Source: Ignavibacteriota bacterium (GTDB lineage Bacteria > Bacteroidota > Ignavibacteria > UBA10030 > UBA6906). Taken from it: a stretch of 64,000 nucleotides of DNA. The stretch lies in NCBI GenBank assembly GCA_963702445.1, contig CAVPCZ010000010.1, positions 105,213 through 169,212 on the forward strand, given 5' to 3'. A program made the position numbers and the translations under genes. Under the pieces are notes generated by a model. It was given only the letters and a program-made list of their open reading frames with translations, had not been told where the DNA came from and ran no database searches. Of this stretch, positions 17,778-28,372 are shown in pieces; within the stretch, counting starts at the first letter, position 1, and every line of letters starts with the position of its first letter.

Positions 17778-20207
17778 TCACTGCCACAGCACCCGGGACC
17801 AGCTGTTTCCGTCCGTTTCGAAGATCACCGCCCCGTCACGGTCCGTCCGGGCCACGGCGATCTCCCGCAGGGCGAGGCGGTGGAGAACCGCTTCTGATGG
17901 ATGGCCGAACCTGTTGTTGCGCCCGACAGACAGGACAGCCCACGACGGTCGAACAGCATCCAGGAAAGAGCCGGAAGTGCCGGCCTTGCCACCGTGATGC
18001 CCCACCTTCAGGATGTCGGCGCGGAGAAGATCCGCATAGGATTCAACGAGGGGGTTCTCTTCATTCCCTTCCGCATCCCCCGTCAACAGAAGCGACGCAC
18101 CCGCGAAAATCACCTTCATGACAATCGAAGAGCAGTTCGGGTTGTCCGCGGCTGATCCGCTCCCTCCGGCCGTGGCGGGCGGAGGTGCAAGGATGTAGAT
18201 CCGCATCAGGGGAATATCACGGATCACAGAACCTGCACCCACCCGCGTGAGATCCTCGATCGAAGCAAGTGCTGACCGCAGCGGCGCATATGACGGTGCC
18301 CCCGGAATCGATCCGTTCCACACGATGCGTCGGACTTCGCATGAGGCGAGAACATCGGAAAGGGCGCCGGCGTGATCGTCGTGCGCATGGGTGAGCACGA
18401 GGAGATCGATCCGTTCTATGCCGCGCCGTTTGAGGAAGGGTACCAGCGGCGCCTCCAGCCCCCGCTCACGCGCACCCGGACCCGCATCGACAAGGACCGT
18501 CTCCCCCGCCGGGCACTCGAGAAGTATTGCGTCCCCCTGTCCCACATCCACGACACTCACACGCAGGATCCCCCGCTCCCGCTGGTACGCACGCCCCTCC
18601 GGCGCGAAAACCGTGCCGTTCATCGCCAGGAGCAGTACCACGAGAGCATGCCGGAATTGTCGCGGCCTGCCCGCGGAACAGAGCACAAACAGGAACGCAT
18701 AGAACGGCAGGATGAACACCGGGCGAAAGCGCATCGTGTCCACCGTTGCGAAAGGAACGGCGGCGCACCATTCAGCCACGCGAAGCGTCGCCGTCAGCAG
18801 CATTTCATTGACCCCGCCATAGACCGCCGCCACCGCCGCTGACAGGGGTGCGGCTGACGCCGTCACCATCCCGAGGACGACGCAGACCCCGCTCACCGGG
18901 ACGATAATCAGATTGGCGGCAACCCCTATCAGGGAAATGCGCCCGAACGACAGGGCGGTGAGCGGGAGTGTCCCCACCGTGGCGACGACCGAGACCGCGG
19001 CAAGACGCAGCACGGCGACGGCGGCTTTGGCGTACCACATTCGAGAGCCGATCCTGGAGATCGCCGTATTGAGCCGTGGATAAAGGACGATGATGGAGAG
19101 AACCGCGGCAAAGGAGAGCTGGAATCCAATGTCGAACAGCTGCCGCGGTTCAAGTGCGAACATCAGCAGCGCGGCGATCCCGCAGGAATTCAACGGGTGG
19201 GAACGCATGCGGAACATGCTCCCGGTGAGAACCGTCATGGCCATGATTGTGGCCCGCACAACGGGCGGCTGACTTCCCGTAATCCACATGTACACCAGAA
19301 GACCGACGGCCACCGGCAGCGCAATGAAACGCCGGGGGAAACGGCAGAAGCCGAGGACAACGAACAGCGCACCGGCCACAACAGCGACATTCGAACCGGA
19401 TACCGCGAGAATGTGCGCCACCCCTGCGTCCATGAACGCCCGGCGCGTGAGGGCGCTCATCCCCCCGCGCTCCCCGATCAACAATCCCTTGAGAAGCTCA
19501 CCTTCCTCACCCGCAACAGTACCTTCGATGCCTGTCAGGACGGACCGTCGCAGAGGAAAAACAACCTCCCTCAGGAACCACCATCCGCCCCGCGGTTGCA
19601 GAATGAGAATCTGATCAGGAGCCCGGACGGTCATCAACCCTTCGATGCCGTTTGCCGCGTAGTACTGCCGGGGACTGAACTCGCCGGGATTCCGTGAATC
19701 GCGGGGACGTTCCAGAGTTCCGCGCAGGGCAACGGTCATCCCGTAGTCGATGGCGGGAACGGGGCCGGAATTTTTGGGCGGAACGATGGCAGCCAGAAGT
19801 GTGGCGGTAAAGGGGATCGTGAGGCTGTCGCGCAATAGCCATCGGGAGCGAACCTGAAGGCGGATTCTCCCGCCTCCGGGATCAGGCGGCTGGACGACCT
19901 GCCCGATCACCACGACCGTATGCCCTTCCGCGGCATGGATTTCCCTGTCTTCTGCGCCGGCGCACTGTTGCACCAGCATGACGCCGGTGAAAACACAGAT
20001 GAGCGTCGCCAGCAAAGAGGCCGCCAGATCCGCTGACCGCCGCCGCGCGCGCAGCAACGGCGGCAGGGCCATGACCAGAAGGGAAAGAAAGCAGATGTAC
20101 ACCGGCGGCGAAAGACGGAAGGAAAGCTCGTGTCCTGCGGCGATACCGGTGGCCGTCAGAATCGCCACAGAGAGAGCCGGCCACTTATGGCGAGCGGAAA
20201 GATCCAT
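17778..20207 (-). CDS. comEC: DNA internalization-related competence protein ComEC/Rec2
   Basis: Polytopic membrane core plus a C-terminal MBL-fold domain (VVDVGQGDAILLE, LVLTHAHDDHAG, LKVGHHG). Start taken at ATG 20207 (MDLSARHKWPAL); the track start is 20273. Confidence 0.85.
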   Translation of the reverse strand: MDLSARHKWPALSVAILTATGIAAGHELSFRLSPPVYICFLSLLVMALPPLLRARRRSADLAASLLATLICVFTGVMLVQQCAGAEDREIHAAEGHTVVVIGQVVQPPDPGGGRIRLQVRSRWLLRDSLTIPFTATLLAAIVPPKNSGPVPAIDYGMTVALRGTLERPRDSRNPGEFSPRQYYAANGIEGLMTVRAPDQILILQPRGGWWFLREVVFPLRRSVLTGIEGTVAGEEGELLKGLLIGERGGMSALTRRAFMDAGVAHILAVSGSNVAVVAGALFVVLGFCRFPRRFIALPVAVGLLVYMWITGSQPPVVRATIMAMTVLTGSMFRMRSHPLNSCGIAALLMFALEPRQLFDIGFQLSFAAVLSIIVLYPRLNTAISRIGSRMWYAKAAVAVLRLAAVSVVATVGTLPLTALSFGRISLIGVAANLIIVPVSGVCVVLGMVTASAAPLSAAVAAVYGGVNEMLLTATLRVAEWCAAVPFATVDTMRFRPVFILPFYAFLFVLCSAGRPRQFRHALVVLLLAMNGTVFAPEGRAYQRERGILRVSVVDVGQGDAILLECPAGETVLVDAGPGARERGLEAPLVPFLKRRGIERIDLLVLTHAHDDHAGALSDVLASCEVRRIVWNGSIPGAPSYAPLRSALASIEDLTRVGAGSVIRDIPLMRIYILAPPPATAGGSGSAADNPNCSSIVMKVIFAGASLLLTGDAEGNEENPLVESYADLLRADILKVGHHGGKAGTSGSFLDAVRPSWAVLSVGRNNRFGHPSEAVLHRLALREIAVARTDRDGAVIFETDGNSWSRVLWQ

Positions 20208-21153
20208 GATCGGGGCACATGAGCTCCAGCAACACCGGCAGGAGATGCGTAAGGTCAGGCGTCCGGCCGCCATAGTGCTCGACGCGCCGTGCGACTTCGC
20301 TGTGCCGGGTTGTCGCCAGAATCAACGGAACGGGATTGCGGGTGTGACTCCTGGTGGACAGGTCCTCGACATTTCCGTGATCGCTGGTCACCACCAGGAG
20401 TGTCTCATCCATGTCAAGACCTTCCAGTACGCCTTCCAGGAGCCCATCCAGACGCTCGAGGGCCTGTACCGCTTCTTCCATACTCCGGGAATGTCCGGCG
20501 TGATCGGTCTTCCAGTATTCGAACAGGGTGAATGCAAACCTTGCGGAAAGCGCCGCAAGCCGATGACCCGCTTCGAGCGGTGTGCAGACACGGATTTCCG
20601 GATGTCCCAGGGCGTTCCATCCTTCGCCGGTAATATCCGCCGAAATGCCGTTGCCTGCGGCAAGATCCCCGGCACCGCGGATGGGAACGCCGGCATAGAA
20701 GCAGGACATGGTGGTGACGCTCAGACGCGTCTTCCGGTGTTCCGCGTAGTCAAAGAACCGCCGGGGGAACGCATTGGCGAATGCGGGACGGCAGTCCGCC
20801 TGCTGAACACGCCGGAACACGTTGTGTGCTTCGATAACCGGACGGAGGGTTGAATACGGATGGGGACCGAAGTGCTTGCCGATGAGCTTTGCCCCGTTCA
20901 CGCCGGTGAAGAGCGCGGTCTGTCCGGTCCCGCTTTGCGGAAGACCGGGCACACCGAGTGTCGCATCGAGAGGAAGGAGCGTGGCCAGCCGCCCGTCGTG
21001 CTGCCGGCGGTGCAGCGAAGGCAGGTCACCTTCCAGCAATCCGCGCAAAGCCGGCAGACGTGCGGCAAACAGCGGGTTCACCGCGGCGTCCCGCCTGCCG
21101 ATGCCCACACCGTCAAGGAAGAGCATCAGGACACGGAGATGCGGGAGTGTCAT
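20185..21153 (-). CDS. alkaline-phosphatase-superfamily 'metalloenzyme' protein (iPGM/phosphopentomutase-like)
   Basis: LMLFLDGVGIG...GLPQSGTGQTALFTG...VVTSDHGNVED. GGAGGAGC lies immediately upstream of the ATG. Confidence 0.55.
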   Translation of the reverse strand: MTLPHLRVLMLFLDGVGIGRRDAAVNPLFAARLPALRGLLEGDLPSLHRRQHDGRLATLLPLDATLGVPGLPQSGTGQTALFTGVNGAKLIGKHFGPHPYSTLRPVIEAHNVFRRVQQADCRPAFANAFPRRFFDYAEHRKTRLSVTTMSCFYAGVPIRGAGDLAAGNGISADITGEGWNALGHPEIRVCTPLEAGHRLAALSARFAFTLFEYWKTDHAGHSRSMEEAVQALERLDGLLEGVLEGLDMDETLLVVTSDHGNVEDLSTRSHTRNPVPLILATTRHSEVARRVEHYGGRTPDLTHLLPVLLELMCPDHGSFRSP

Positions 21154-21288
21154 GCTCCTCCGGGAACGATTATCACGTGCACGGCCCTTGGCTGATCCAC
21201 AGCGCTGTACTCCTTGCCTGTTCTCCTGCAGAGACCACTTCCAGCATATCCGGACCGACGCGGGCCTTGCAGGCCCCAGTCGCCATCG

Positions 21289-21783
21289 TCACGGGGCCTT
21301 CCGTGCGCCGGCCGCACCCGCGATGTTCGCCGGAGTCTGAGGGCTCTCTATGACTATCGTCACGGGCCCGTCATTTACGATATGCACCTGCATCATGGCG
21401 CCAAAAACACCAGTCCGGACCCGCTCCTCACCGAGGTTCATGCGCATCCGGGAGACAAACTGTTCATACAGGGGCATTGCCACCTCAGCCGGTGCGGCAA
21501 GGCTGAATCCCGGCCGGTTTCCCTTCTGTGCGTCGGCATACAGGGTAAACTGGGAAACCACCAGCACATCGCCCCCCACATCCTGCAGATCCAGGTTCAT
21601 TTTTCCCTGCGTGTCCTCAAAGACACGCAACCCCGTGCATTTATCCGCGAGAAAGAGCGCGTCGGCCCCGGTATCACCATGTTTGATGCCGAGGAGAATG
21701 ACGTATCCCCTCGTGATGCGTCCCTGTTCCTTCCCGTCAACACTCACGCTGCCCGATGAGACACGTTGAATGACCACGCGCAT
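21289..21783 (-). CDS. dtd: D-aminoacyl-tRNA deacylase
   Basis: MRVVIQRVSSGSVSVDG...VSQFTLYADAQKGNRPGF...GVFGAMMQVHIVNDGPVT. Confidence 0.9.
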   Translation of the reverse strand: MRVVIQRVSSGSVSVDGKEQGRITRGYVILLGIKHGDTGADALFLADKCTGLRVFEDTQGKMNLDLQDVGGDVLVVSQFTLYADAQKGNRPGFSLAAPAEVAMPLYEQFVSRMRMNLGEERVRTGVFGAMMQVHIVNDGPVTIVIESPQTPANIAGAAGARKAP

Positions 21784-21795
21784 GGGTCTGATCCT

Positions 21796-22698
21796 TCACG
21801 TTTTCCGGCTCTTCACACCATGGACAACCCGCGGAATGCCTGCATAGTCTCTCACGATCTCCACCTCGCGGTATCCGCAGCCGGTGAACAACCGGGCGAT
21901 GTCGGCATCCTGCCCGAACCCGATCTCGAAAAGGACTTCGCCGCCGGGCCGCAACAGTTCCAGCGCCATCGGTGCCAGGCGTCGATAGAAGCTCATCCCG
22001 TCAGCGTCATCGGTCAACGCGAGCCGGGGCTCGAAATCGCGCACCTCCGGTTCGAGAGCGGCAAATTGTTCCCGCGAAATATAGGGCGGGTTCGAGACGA
22101 TCAGGTCAAGATCTCTGCCGGCAAACAGGCCGGAGAATATGTCCAGGACATGCACGACCACATTGTTGAGGTGGTGACGTTCGACATTCCGGGCGGCCAC
22201 TGCGACCGCCTCCGGGCTGACATCGATTCCGGTAATGTACGCGCCGGGGGCATGATGTCCGAGCGCGACAGCGATGTTGCCGGAACCGGTGCCGATATCG
22301 AGCACCTGCGCCCCGCCCCCCTCTTTCTTCCTGATGATTTCCAGGGCCAGCTCGACGAGAAGTTCTGTCTCCGGACGGGGAATCAACACTCCCGGTTCGG
22401 CAACCATGGTCAGTCCCATGAACCCCGTTTCTCCGATAACATACTGGAGCGGTTCGTGCGCCAGGCGGCGTTTGAACAGCGCGCGGTAGGCGGCGAGCTC
22501 CGCAGGGGTCAGCGGCCGGTCAAACTGGAGGTACAGGTCCAGACGTTTCAAGCCGAGCACGTGCGCGAGCAGCAGCTCGGCGTGCAAACGGGCCTCGTCA
22601 AACCCGTGCTCCTGGAGATAACGCTGCGACCATTCAACAAGGGAGAGGACCGTCCAGGCGTGGGACGGAGCGGGTGTGGGTGTGGGACGGGCATCCAT
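21796..22698 (-). CDS. prmC: peptide chain release factor N5-glutamine methyltransferase
   Basis: Track ORF trimmed to ATG 22698. SAM site LDIGTGSGNIA and NPPY motif (IVSNPPYISRE). Confidence 0.85.
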   Translation of the reverse strand: MDARPTPTPAPSHAWTVLSLVEWSQRYLQEHGFDEARLHAELLLAHVLGLKRLDLYLQFDRPLTPAELAAYRALFKRRLAHEPLQYVIGETGFMGLTMVAEPGVLIPRPETELLVELALEIIRKKEGGGAQVLDIGTGSGNIAVALGHHAPGAYITGIDVSPEAVAVAARNVERHHLNNVVVHVLDIFSGLFAGRDLDLIVSNPPYISREQFAALEPEVRDFEPRLALTDDADGMSFYRRLAPMALELLRPGGEVLFEIGFGQDADIARLFTGCGYREVEIVRDYAGIPRVVHGVKSRKT

Positions 22699-22709
22699 CG
22701 GTGGTGGAC

Positions 22710-22738
22710 AATATAGGCCCACGGCGGAAAAGATGCAA
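22710..22738 (-). promoter_or_regulatory. sigma70-type promoter of prmC-dtd (very short leader)
   Basis: Minus strand reads TTGCAT (22738..22733), a 17-nt spacer, then TATATT (22715..22710). Only 11 nt separate the -10 from ATG 22698. Confidence 0.45.
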
Positions 22739-22752
22739 ACAACCCCGGACTC

Positions 22753-22793
22753 CCGGATTGCACGATGCGCGGACCACCGGATCACACGATGCG
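22753..22793. repeat. tandem 17-nt direct repeat (15/17 identical, 24-nt period) upstream of the prmC promoter
   Basis: CCGGATTGCACGATGCG (22753..22769) and CCGGATCACACGATGCG (22777..22793). Confidence 0.6.
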
Positions 22794-22813
22794 AGAAGTG
22801 CGGGATGCCGGGG

Positions 22814-24064
22814 TTACTGAACCGGGGCAATGTCCCGCGGATCACGAACACGCCAGATGAGCAATGCCGAGCCGATGAGCGAAAAGAGTATCCCGGCAAG
22901 AAATACCGCGGGATATCCGTACCCGTCACTGAGCAGGCCGGCCGCAATCCCGGCAAGATAGAACGGTGCGAGAAGAGTGTTGGTGAGGCCGACATAACGT
23001 GAGCGTTGTTCGGGAGGGCAGTACTCTATCGCCATGTTGAAGCGGACCATCATCTCGATCCCCAGGTTCACACCCATCAACATGAATGCGGGCGCCAGCA
23101 GCGCTGCGGAGGGCGCGAGCATCGCCCATGCGCTCGCACACAGCATGGCGACCGAGGCAATTACCAGTGCGATTTTGTTGCCGTACCGGTCCGTGAAGTA
23201 GCCCATCACCAGCGCGCTCACCACCTGCATGGCAACCATCGCCAGCGTGTAGGTTCCGATAATCGATTCGTCGGCGGCGAAGTGTTTCAGCGCATAGACA
23301 ACGATGAACCCCTGCGGTACGGCTGCAACCACGAGGAAAGCCGATGCAACGAGGAAGCGGGAGAACTCCCGGTTCGTCCTGAGCACCCCGGGAAGGCCTC
23401 TCAGAAAGGAAAAGATCGGCCTCCGGGTCAGTGTGGGACTCGGCTCATGTTCATCCAGGCGCCGTTGAAGAAACATGGAAGACATCTGCAGCACAAACGC
23501 CATGAACAACGCAAGCGCATAACTCACCGGAAACGCGAAGGTTGCGAGCAGCCACGTCAGGACAAAACTTCCGAGAAACGCTCCCGCGCCGCCGAGGGCG
23601 TTGCGGAACCCGACGAGGCGCCCCCTCTTCTTCATCGATGTGAGTTTGGCAAAGAGGTCAAACCATCCCGGCGTGCAGATGCCGGCGATCACCTGATTGG
23701 CGAGGAAGAACGCAAAGAACAACCAGAGCGCGGCCGGAGAACCGCTGCCGCCGAACAACAACACCACCAGCCCCATGAACAGCACCATCAACCGCTGGCC
23801 GGTCCCGTATCGTACCGCCCACGGCTTCTTCCAGGCGAGCGTTTCCGTGTACCGGGCTGCAAACAGCTGGGGAAGAAAGGCTCCGGCATAGGCAAGCACT
23901 CCGACCGCGCCCACTTCCACATTACTCCCCCCCAGGCGTGCAACCAGAGCCGGCAGGACTGTCTGTATAGAGACGAAGGCGGCGGAGGACATGTACACGC
24001 CCCCCTCGATCAGATTGATGGTGAGGTTTCGTTCTTCACGGTTCAGCGTTCTTCTGGAGAGCAT
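22814..24064 (-). CDS. MFS transporter
   Basis: 416 aa with about 12 hydrophobic segments and a basic inter-helix loop (GFRNALGGAGAF). Confidence 0.7.
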   Translation of the reverse strand: MLSRRTLNREERNLTINLIEGGVYMSSAAFVSIQTVLPALVARLGGSNVEVGAVGVLAYAGAFLPQLFAARYTETLAWKKPWAVRYGTGQRLMVLFMGLVVLLFGGSGSPAALWLFFAFFLANQVIAGICTPGWFDLFAKLTSMKKRGRLVGFRNALGGAGAFLGSFVLTWLLATFAFPVSYALALFMAFVLQMSSMFLQRRLDEHEPSPTLTRRPIFSFLRGLPGVLRTNREFSRFLVASAFLVVAAVPQGFIVVYALKHFAADESIIGTYTLAMVAMQVVSALVMGYFTDRYGNKIALVIASVAMLCASAWAMLAPSAALLAPAFMLMGVNLGIEMMVRFNMAIEYCPPEQRSRYVGLTNTLLAPFYLAGIAAGLLSDGYGYPAVFLAGILFSLIGSALLIWRVRDPRDIAPVQ

Positions 24065-24110
24065 CGGCGTCCGGCAGTTGAGAGTTCTTCTAATGTAATG
24101 AAATTCTCCG

Positions 24111-25961
24111 ATGTTTTTGATATATTTCGTCTATTCCCCCATGACACCATACAATCGATCTTTCATGCGGTGGCAGGATGACGGGGGCCCGATGGCCGGG
24201 CGGGGAACCCGTGTGCGGAGATTCCTGCTCGCCCAATCGAACCTCCTGCTCGGCGGCCTTACACTTCTCGCCGCCGCTTCGCTGGTCGCAGAGTACGGCT
24301 TTTTCCTGTCTGACGGCTGGCTGGCAGCCACCCGGCTCGCCAATGTCGTCGTGCTCTACGGATTCCTGCTGTATGTTCTCCTGAAGATTGTTCTTGTATC
24401 TGGAAGGGTCATGTACGTCCGGAGGCACCGGCTGGAGATCTTTCTCGGGGCAGTCATTCTTTTGCACCTGCTCTTCCCCGGCACCGTCGCGACGATTTCG
24501 CAGAATTTCTTTCCCGCCGTTGCACCGGAGATCGTCACCCGCGTGTACCTCGTGCTCACACAGCTCTTCGTCGTGGCGGCATTGATTCCCGCTGCGTCCC
24601 GCTACAGCAACCGGCTGATGACCACCGCCATCCATCCGTCCGCCCTGATTGCGGCCAGCTTCCTGCTGCTCATACTGACCGGCACACTGCTGCTGCTTCT
24701 GCCAAAGGCCACGAACGGATCTCCCCTGGCCTTTATCGATGCGCTCTTCACCGCTTCGAGCGCGGTGTGTGTAACGGGATTGACCGTGGTGGACACTGTT
24801 GGCACCTTCTCGCAAACGGGACATGTCATCCTCCTGTTGCTGATTCAGATCGGCGGTCTCGGGATCATGACGCTGACGACTTTTTTCGCCTTTTTCGCCG
24901 GCGATCATGCCAGCCTGAAGCAGTACTCCACGCTGCAAAGCCTCGTGGGTGAAGAGAGCTTCGGAAAGATCAGGCGCACTGTGGTCATGATCGGCGTGAT
25001 GACCTTCACTATTGAATTGGCCGGCGCCGGAGCGCTGTGGGTCTCCCTCGGCAGTCACCAGTTCTCCGGTGCGCCGGACCGCCTGTTCTTTTCCGTCTTC
25101 CACGCCGTCTCGGCATTCTGCAATGCGGGATTCGCGCTTACCTCCGATAATCTTGCGGTGGATTCCCTGCACCAGAACACCGGGGTTTTGGTCAGCATCA
25201 TGGGGCTGATCGTGCTCGGGGGTCTGGGATTTCCCGTGATCCTGAGTCTTATCCGCCTGCTTCGCCTTCCGTGGCAGAGGAAACGGCGGCAACGTTTTCC
25301 CCTGCATGCACGGCTCGTATTGTTCGCAACGGGCTTCCTGATTGTTGCGGGTACGGCCGGGTTGTTTTTCCTTGAACAGAACCATTCCATGGCCGGCATG
25401 CCCGCAGGCGAGCGACTGCTGGCTTCCGCCTTCCACTCTGTGTCCTCCCGGACGGCCGGATTCAACACAATCCCTCTGGGAGAGTTTGGCCTGCCTGCAC
25501 TGCTCCTGTTGATGGGCCTCATGTGGATCGGTGCGTCCCCGGGTTCCACCGGCGGGGGAGTGAAAACCACTTCATTCGTCGTGGCCGTTCTCGCCGTCCG
25601 GGCTTTCGTTTCAGGCAGGGACAATATTGAGGTGCACCGGCACCGTATCCCCGCCAGTGCGCTTCTCCAGGCGTTCTGTACCCTCACCCTCTCGTTTCTG
25701 GTGATCGGCTGTTCGTGCTTTGTACTCCTGCTGACGGAGAACGCTCCATTCCACGCACTCTTGTTTGAAGTGGTGTCTGCTCTCGGTACGGTCGGATTGA
25801 GCATGGGTGTGACACCCCACCTGACAACCGCAGGCAAGCTGGTAATTATCGCCACAATTTTTACGGGACGGATAGGCGTGCTTGCACTGGTGCTGGCATT
25901 CACACGCCGCCGGCTGCACGGACGTTTCGAATTCACGGAAGAAAAAGTATATATCACGTAG
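24111..25961 (+). CDS. trkH: Trk/Ktr-type potassium uptake membrane subunit TrkH
   Basis: Repeated MPM-like segments (SAVCVTGL, SAFCNAGF, SSRTAGFN, SALGTVGLS). Start uncertain: ATG 24111, 24165 or 24192. Confidence 0.8.
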   Translation: MFLIYFVYSPMTPYNRSFMRWQDDGGPMAGRGTRVRRFLLAQSNLLLGGLTLLAAASLVAEYGFFLSDGWLAATRLANVVVLYGFLLYVLLKIVLVSGRVMYVRRHRLEIFLGAVILLHLLFPGTVATISQNFFPAVAPEIVTRVYLVLTQLFVVAALIPAASRYSNRLMTTAIHPSALIAASFLLLILTGTLLLLLPKATNGSPLAFIDALFTASSAVCVTGLTVVDTVGTFSQTGHVILLLLIQIGGLGIMTLTTFFAFFAGDHASLKQYSTLQSLVGEESFGKIRRTVVMIGVMTFTIELAGAGALWVSLGSHQFSGAPDRLFFSVFHAVSAFCNAGFALTSDNLAVDSLHQNTGVLVSIMGLIVLGGLGFPVILSLIRLLRLPWQRKRRQRFPLHARLVLFATGFLIVAGTAGLFFLEQNHSMAGMPAGERLLASAFHSVSSRTAGFNTIPLGEFGLPALLLLMGLMWIGASPGSTGGGVKTTSFVVAVLAVRAFVSGRDNIEVHRHRIPASALLQAFCTLTLSFLVIGCSCFVLLLTENAPFHALLFEVVSALGTVGLSMGVTPHLTTAGKLVIIATIFTGRIGVLALVLAFTRRRLHGRFEFTEEKVYIT

Positions 25962-25969
25962 GAGGGAAG

Positions 25970-26662
25970 ATGGCACGACGTTACGCCGTCATCGGTCTCG
26001 GACACTTCGGCTCGGCTCTCGCGACCGAACTTTCGTCCAAAGGTGCGGAAGTGCTCGCCATCGACAGTGACCTGGAACGGCTCGACGAAATCAAGGATCA
26101 GGTCGCGCATTCCGTTCGCCTGGATGCCACGGAGGAACGGGCGCTACGGGGACAGGGCCTGGAGGAAATGGACGGGGTGATCGTCGCCATCGGGGATGAC
26201 TTTGAGGCAACCTTGCTCGCGGTCTCCCAGCTCCAGCAGCTGGAAGTCCGCCGGATTATCGTCCGGGCAACAACTCCCGTTCACGAACGTATACTCACTC
26301 ACCTCGGCATAGGGGAAATCATCATGCCCACGCTGGAGGCGGCGGAACGACTGTCGACGAGCTTGCTCTTCGAAGGAGTATTGAACTCGTTTTCGCTGGC
26401 ATCCGACTATACCATCCTTCAGGCGACCACACCGGAAGTCATGATCGGCAAGACCCTCCAGGAGCTTCAGATGCGCGAGCGGTTTCAGGTAAGTCTTATC
26501 ACCATAGAACGCGAACACCAACGCCGCGGGCCGTTCGGATTTGGAAAAAGGACCGAGAAGACTATCCTCGGCGTCCCGGTCCCTGCAACCACCATTGAAC
26601 GGGGAGACACGCTGGTGCTATTCGGAAAGGAGAAGGATATTCAAAATCTGCTCAAGGCATAG
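25970..26662 (+). CDS. trkA: Trk system NAD-binding subunit TrkA (TrkA-N + TrkA-C)
   Basis: Rossmann motif VIGLGHFGSALA. C-terminal RCK-C-like domain. Confidence 0.85.
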   Translation: MARRYAVIGLGHFGSALATELSSKGAEVLAIDSDLERLDEIKDQVAHSVRLDATEERALRGQGLEEMDGVIVAIGDDFEATLLAVSQLQQLEVRRIIVRATTPVHERILTHLGIGEIIMPTLEAAERLSTSLLFEGVLNSFSLASDYTILQATTPEVMIGKTLQELQMRERFQVSLITIEREHQRRGPFGFGKRTEKTILGVPVPATTIERGDTLVLFGKEKDIQNLLKA

Positions 26663-28352
26663 GACGCGGCGACATGTCCCGGACAAAGACGATTTTTCCC
26701 CCGACGATGGTCATCTCCACCGGCGTCCGGGGAATACGCGAAGGTTCCATCGTCATGATATCCCCGCCCAGAACAACCAGGTCCGCCCGCTTGCCGGGTT
26801 CCAGCGACCCGGCCACCGCCTCCTGAAATGCCGCACGGGCGGGCCAGAGAGTGAGGGATTTCAGCGCTTCTTCACGCGTCATCCGCTGTTCGGGATACCA
26901 TCCCCCCTCCGGCATCCCCTGCTGATCCTGCCGCGTTATTGCCGCATAGAATCCGAACAAGGGGTCAGGCGCTTCAACCGGAAAGTCCGATCCCGCCGGG
27001 AGAGTATTGCCTGCATCCAGCAGTGAACGCCATGCATAGGCGTAGCGCGCCCGGACGGGACCGAGGCGCGAAACGGCCCAGGGCATGTCGGATGTGCAGT
27101 GTGCCGGCTGCATCGAAGGAATCACTCCCAGGCGGAGGAACCGGGGGATATCCGCCGGATCCAGCACCTGCGCGTGTTCAACCCGCAATCTCCTGTCTCC
27201 TCCCGCCGGCCCGTACGCCTTCAACGCCTGTTCGTACACGTCCAGGACAATGGTATTCGCACGGTCGCCGATCGCATGGGTGCACACTTGAAATCCGGCT
27301 TCCAGCGCCTCGTCCACCAGACCCCGGAGTTGGGCCGAGGAGGCCAGGGTCAACCCGCGGTTCCCGGGGTCGTCTGCGTAAGGTTCAATCAGTGCTGCTC
27401 CGCGCGACCCAAGCGCCCCGTCGGCATACAGCTTGAGCGCACGGACGGTCAACCGCCCGCCGCCGAAATCCATTTCCGGCCCCTGCCTCCGGTAGTAATC
27501 CCACGCCGGACCTGCACCGTCAATCGCCGCATAGACCCGGAAGGGAAATGCATCGCCGGTGATCAGTCCCTTGTAGATCCCGACAAGTGCCGTGTCCACA
27601 CCCATGTCGTGCACTCCCGTCAGGCCGACACTGAGGCACTTCTCCACAGCCAGCCGGACTGCGCGTGTCCGCTCCGGCACCGTTGCCGGCGGCATCAGCG
27701 CGCGGATCGTGTCGATCGCGGCATCCACGAATACGCCCGTCGGGTTTCCCTGGCGATCCCTCAGAATCCGCCCGCCCGGAGGATCCGGCGTGTCTTTCGT
27801 GATACCTGCGAGGGCAAGCACTTTGCCGTTCACCCAGGCTGCGTGGCCGTCGATGCGGACGAGAAAAATCGGCACGGTATCCGATACCAGATCCAGCATC
27901 CTGTGAGTCGGGAATCCGGGTTCAGTCCACCGGTTCTGGTCCCATCCCCTCCCGCGGACCCACGAACGCCCGCCGGTGCGGGTGATTTCCCCGGCCACCA
28001 GTGAACGGATCTCCTCTACAGACCCGGTCCCGGCAAGGTTCAGTGTCATGAGCGCGATCCCGAGCCCCTCCAGATGCGCATGCGCATCCACAAAGCCCGG
28101 ATAGACCGCACGTTGCTGCAGGTCAACGACCGTGTCGGCGCGGAATCCGCGGAGCATATCCGCGTTGGATCCCACAGCCACAAGCCTGTCCCCCTCCAGT
28201 GCAACGGCCTGCGCAACGCTGCTCCTTCCGTCAACGGTATGGATCCTGCCGTTGATGAGCACGAGCGTCGCATGAGCAGGACGCATCACCAGCCAGAGGA
28301 CGGCCCCGGCAACAGCCAGGACGACACAGATGAGAATCACGATACGTTGCAT
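26652..28352 (-). CDS. metal-dependent amidohydrolase (YtcJ-like)
   Basis: N-terminal TM/signal segment. PGFVDAHAHLEG, HAIGDRA, and GSDFPVE near the C-terminus. Confidence 0.8.
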   Translation of the reverse strand: MQRIVILICVVLAVAGAVLWLVMRPAHATLVLINGRIHTVDGRSSVAQAVALEGDRLVAVGSNADMLRGFRADTVVDLQQRAVYPGFVDAHAHLEGLGIALMTLNLAGTGSVEEIRSLVAGEITRTGGRSWVRGRGWDQNRWTEPGFPTHRMLDLVSDTVPIFLVRIDGHAAWVNGKVLALAGITKDTPDPPGGRILRDRQGNPTGVFVDAAIDTIRALMPPATVPERTRAVRLAVEKCLSVGLTGVHDMGVDTALVGIYKGLITGDAFPFRVYAAIDGAGPAWDYYRRQGPEMDFGGGRLTVRALKLYADGALGSRGAALIEPYADDPGNRGLTLASSAQLRGLVDEALEAGFQVCTHAIGDRANTIVLDVYEQALKAYGPAGGDRRLRVEHAQVLDPADIPRFLRLGVIPSMQPAHCTSDMPWAVSRLGPVRARYAYAWRSLLDAGNTLPAGSDFPVEAPDPLFGFYAAITRQDQQGMPEGGWYPEQRMTREEALKSLTLWPARAAFQEAVAGSLEPGKRADLVVLGGDIMTMEPSRIPRTPVEMTIVGGKIVFVRDMSPRPMP

Positions 28353-28372
28353 AGCGTTCTCCGATCGACTGG

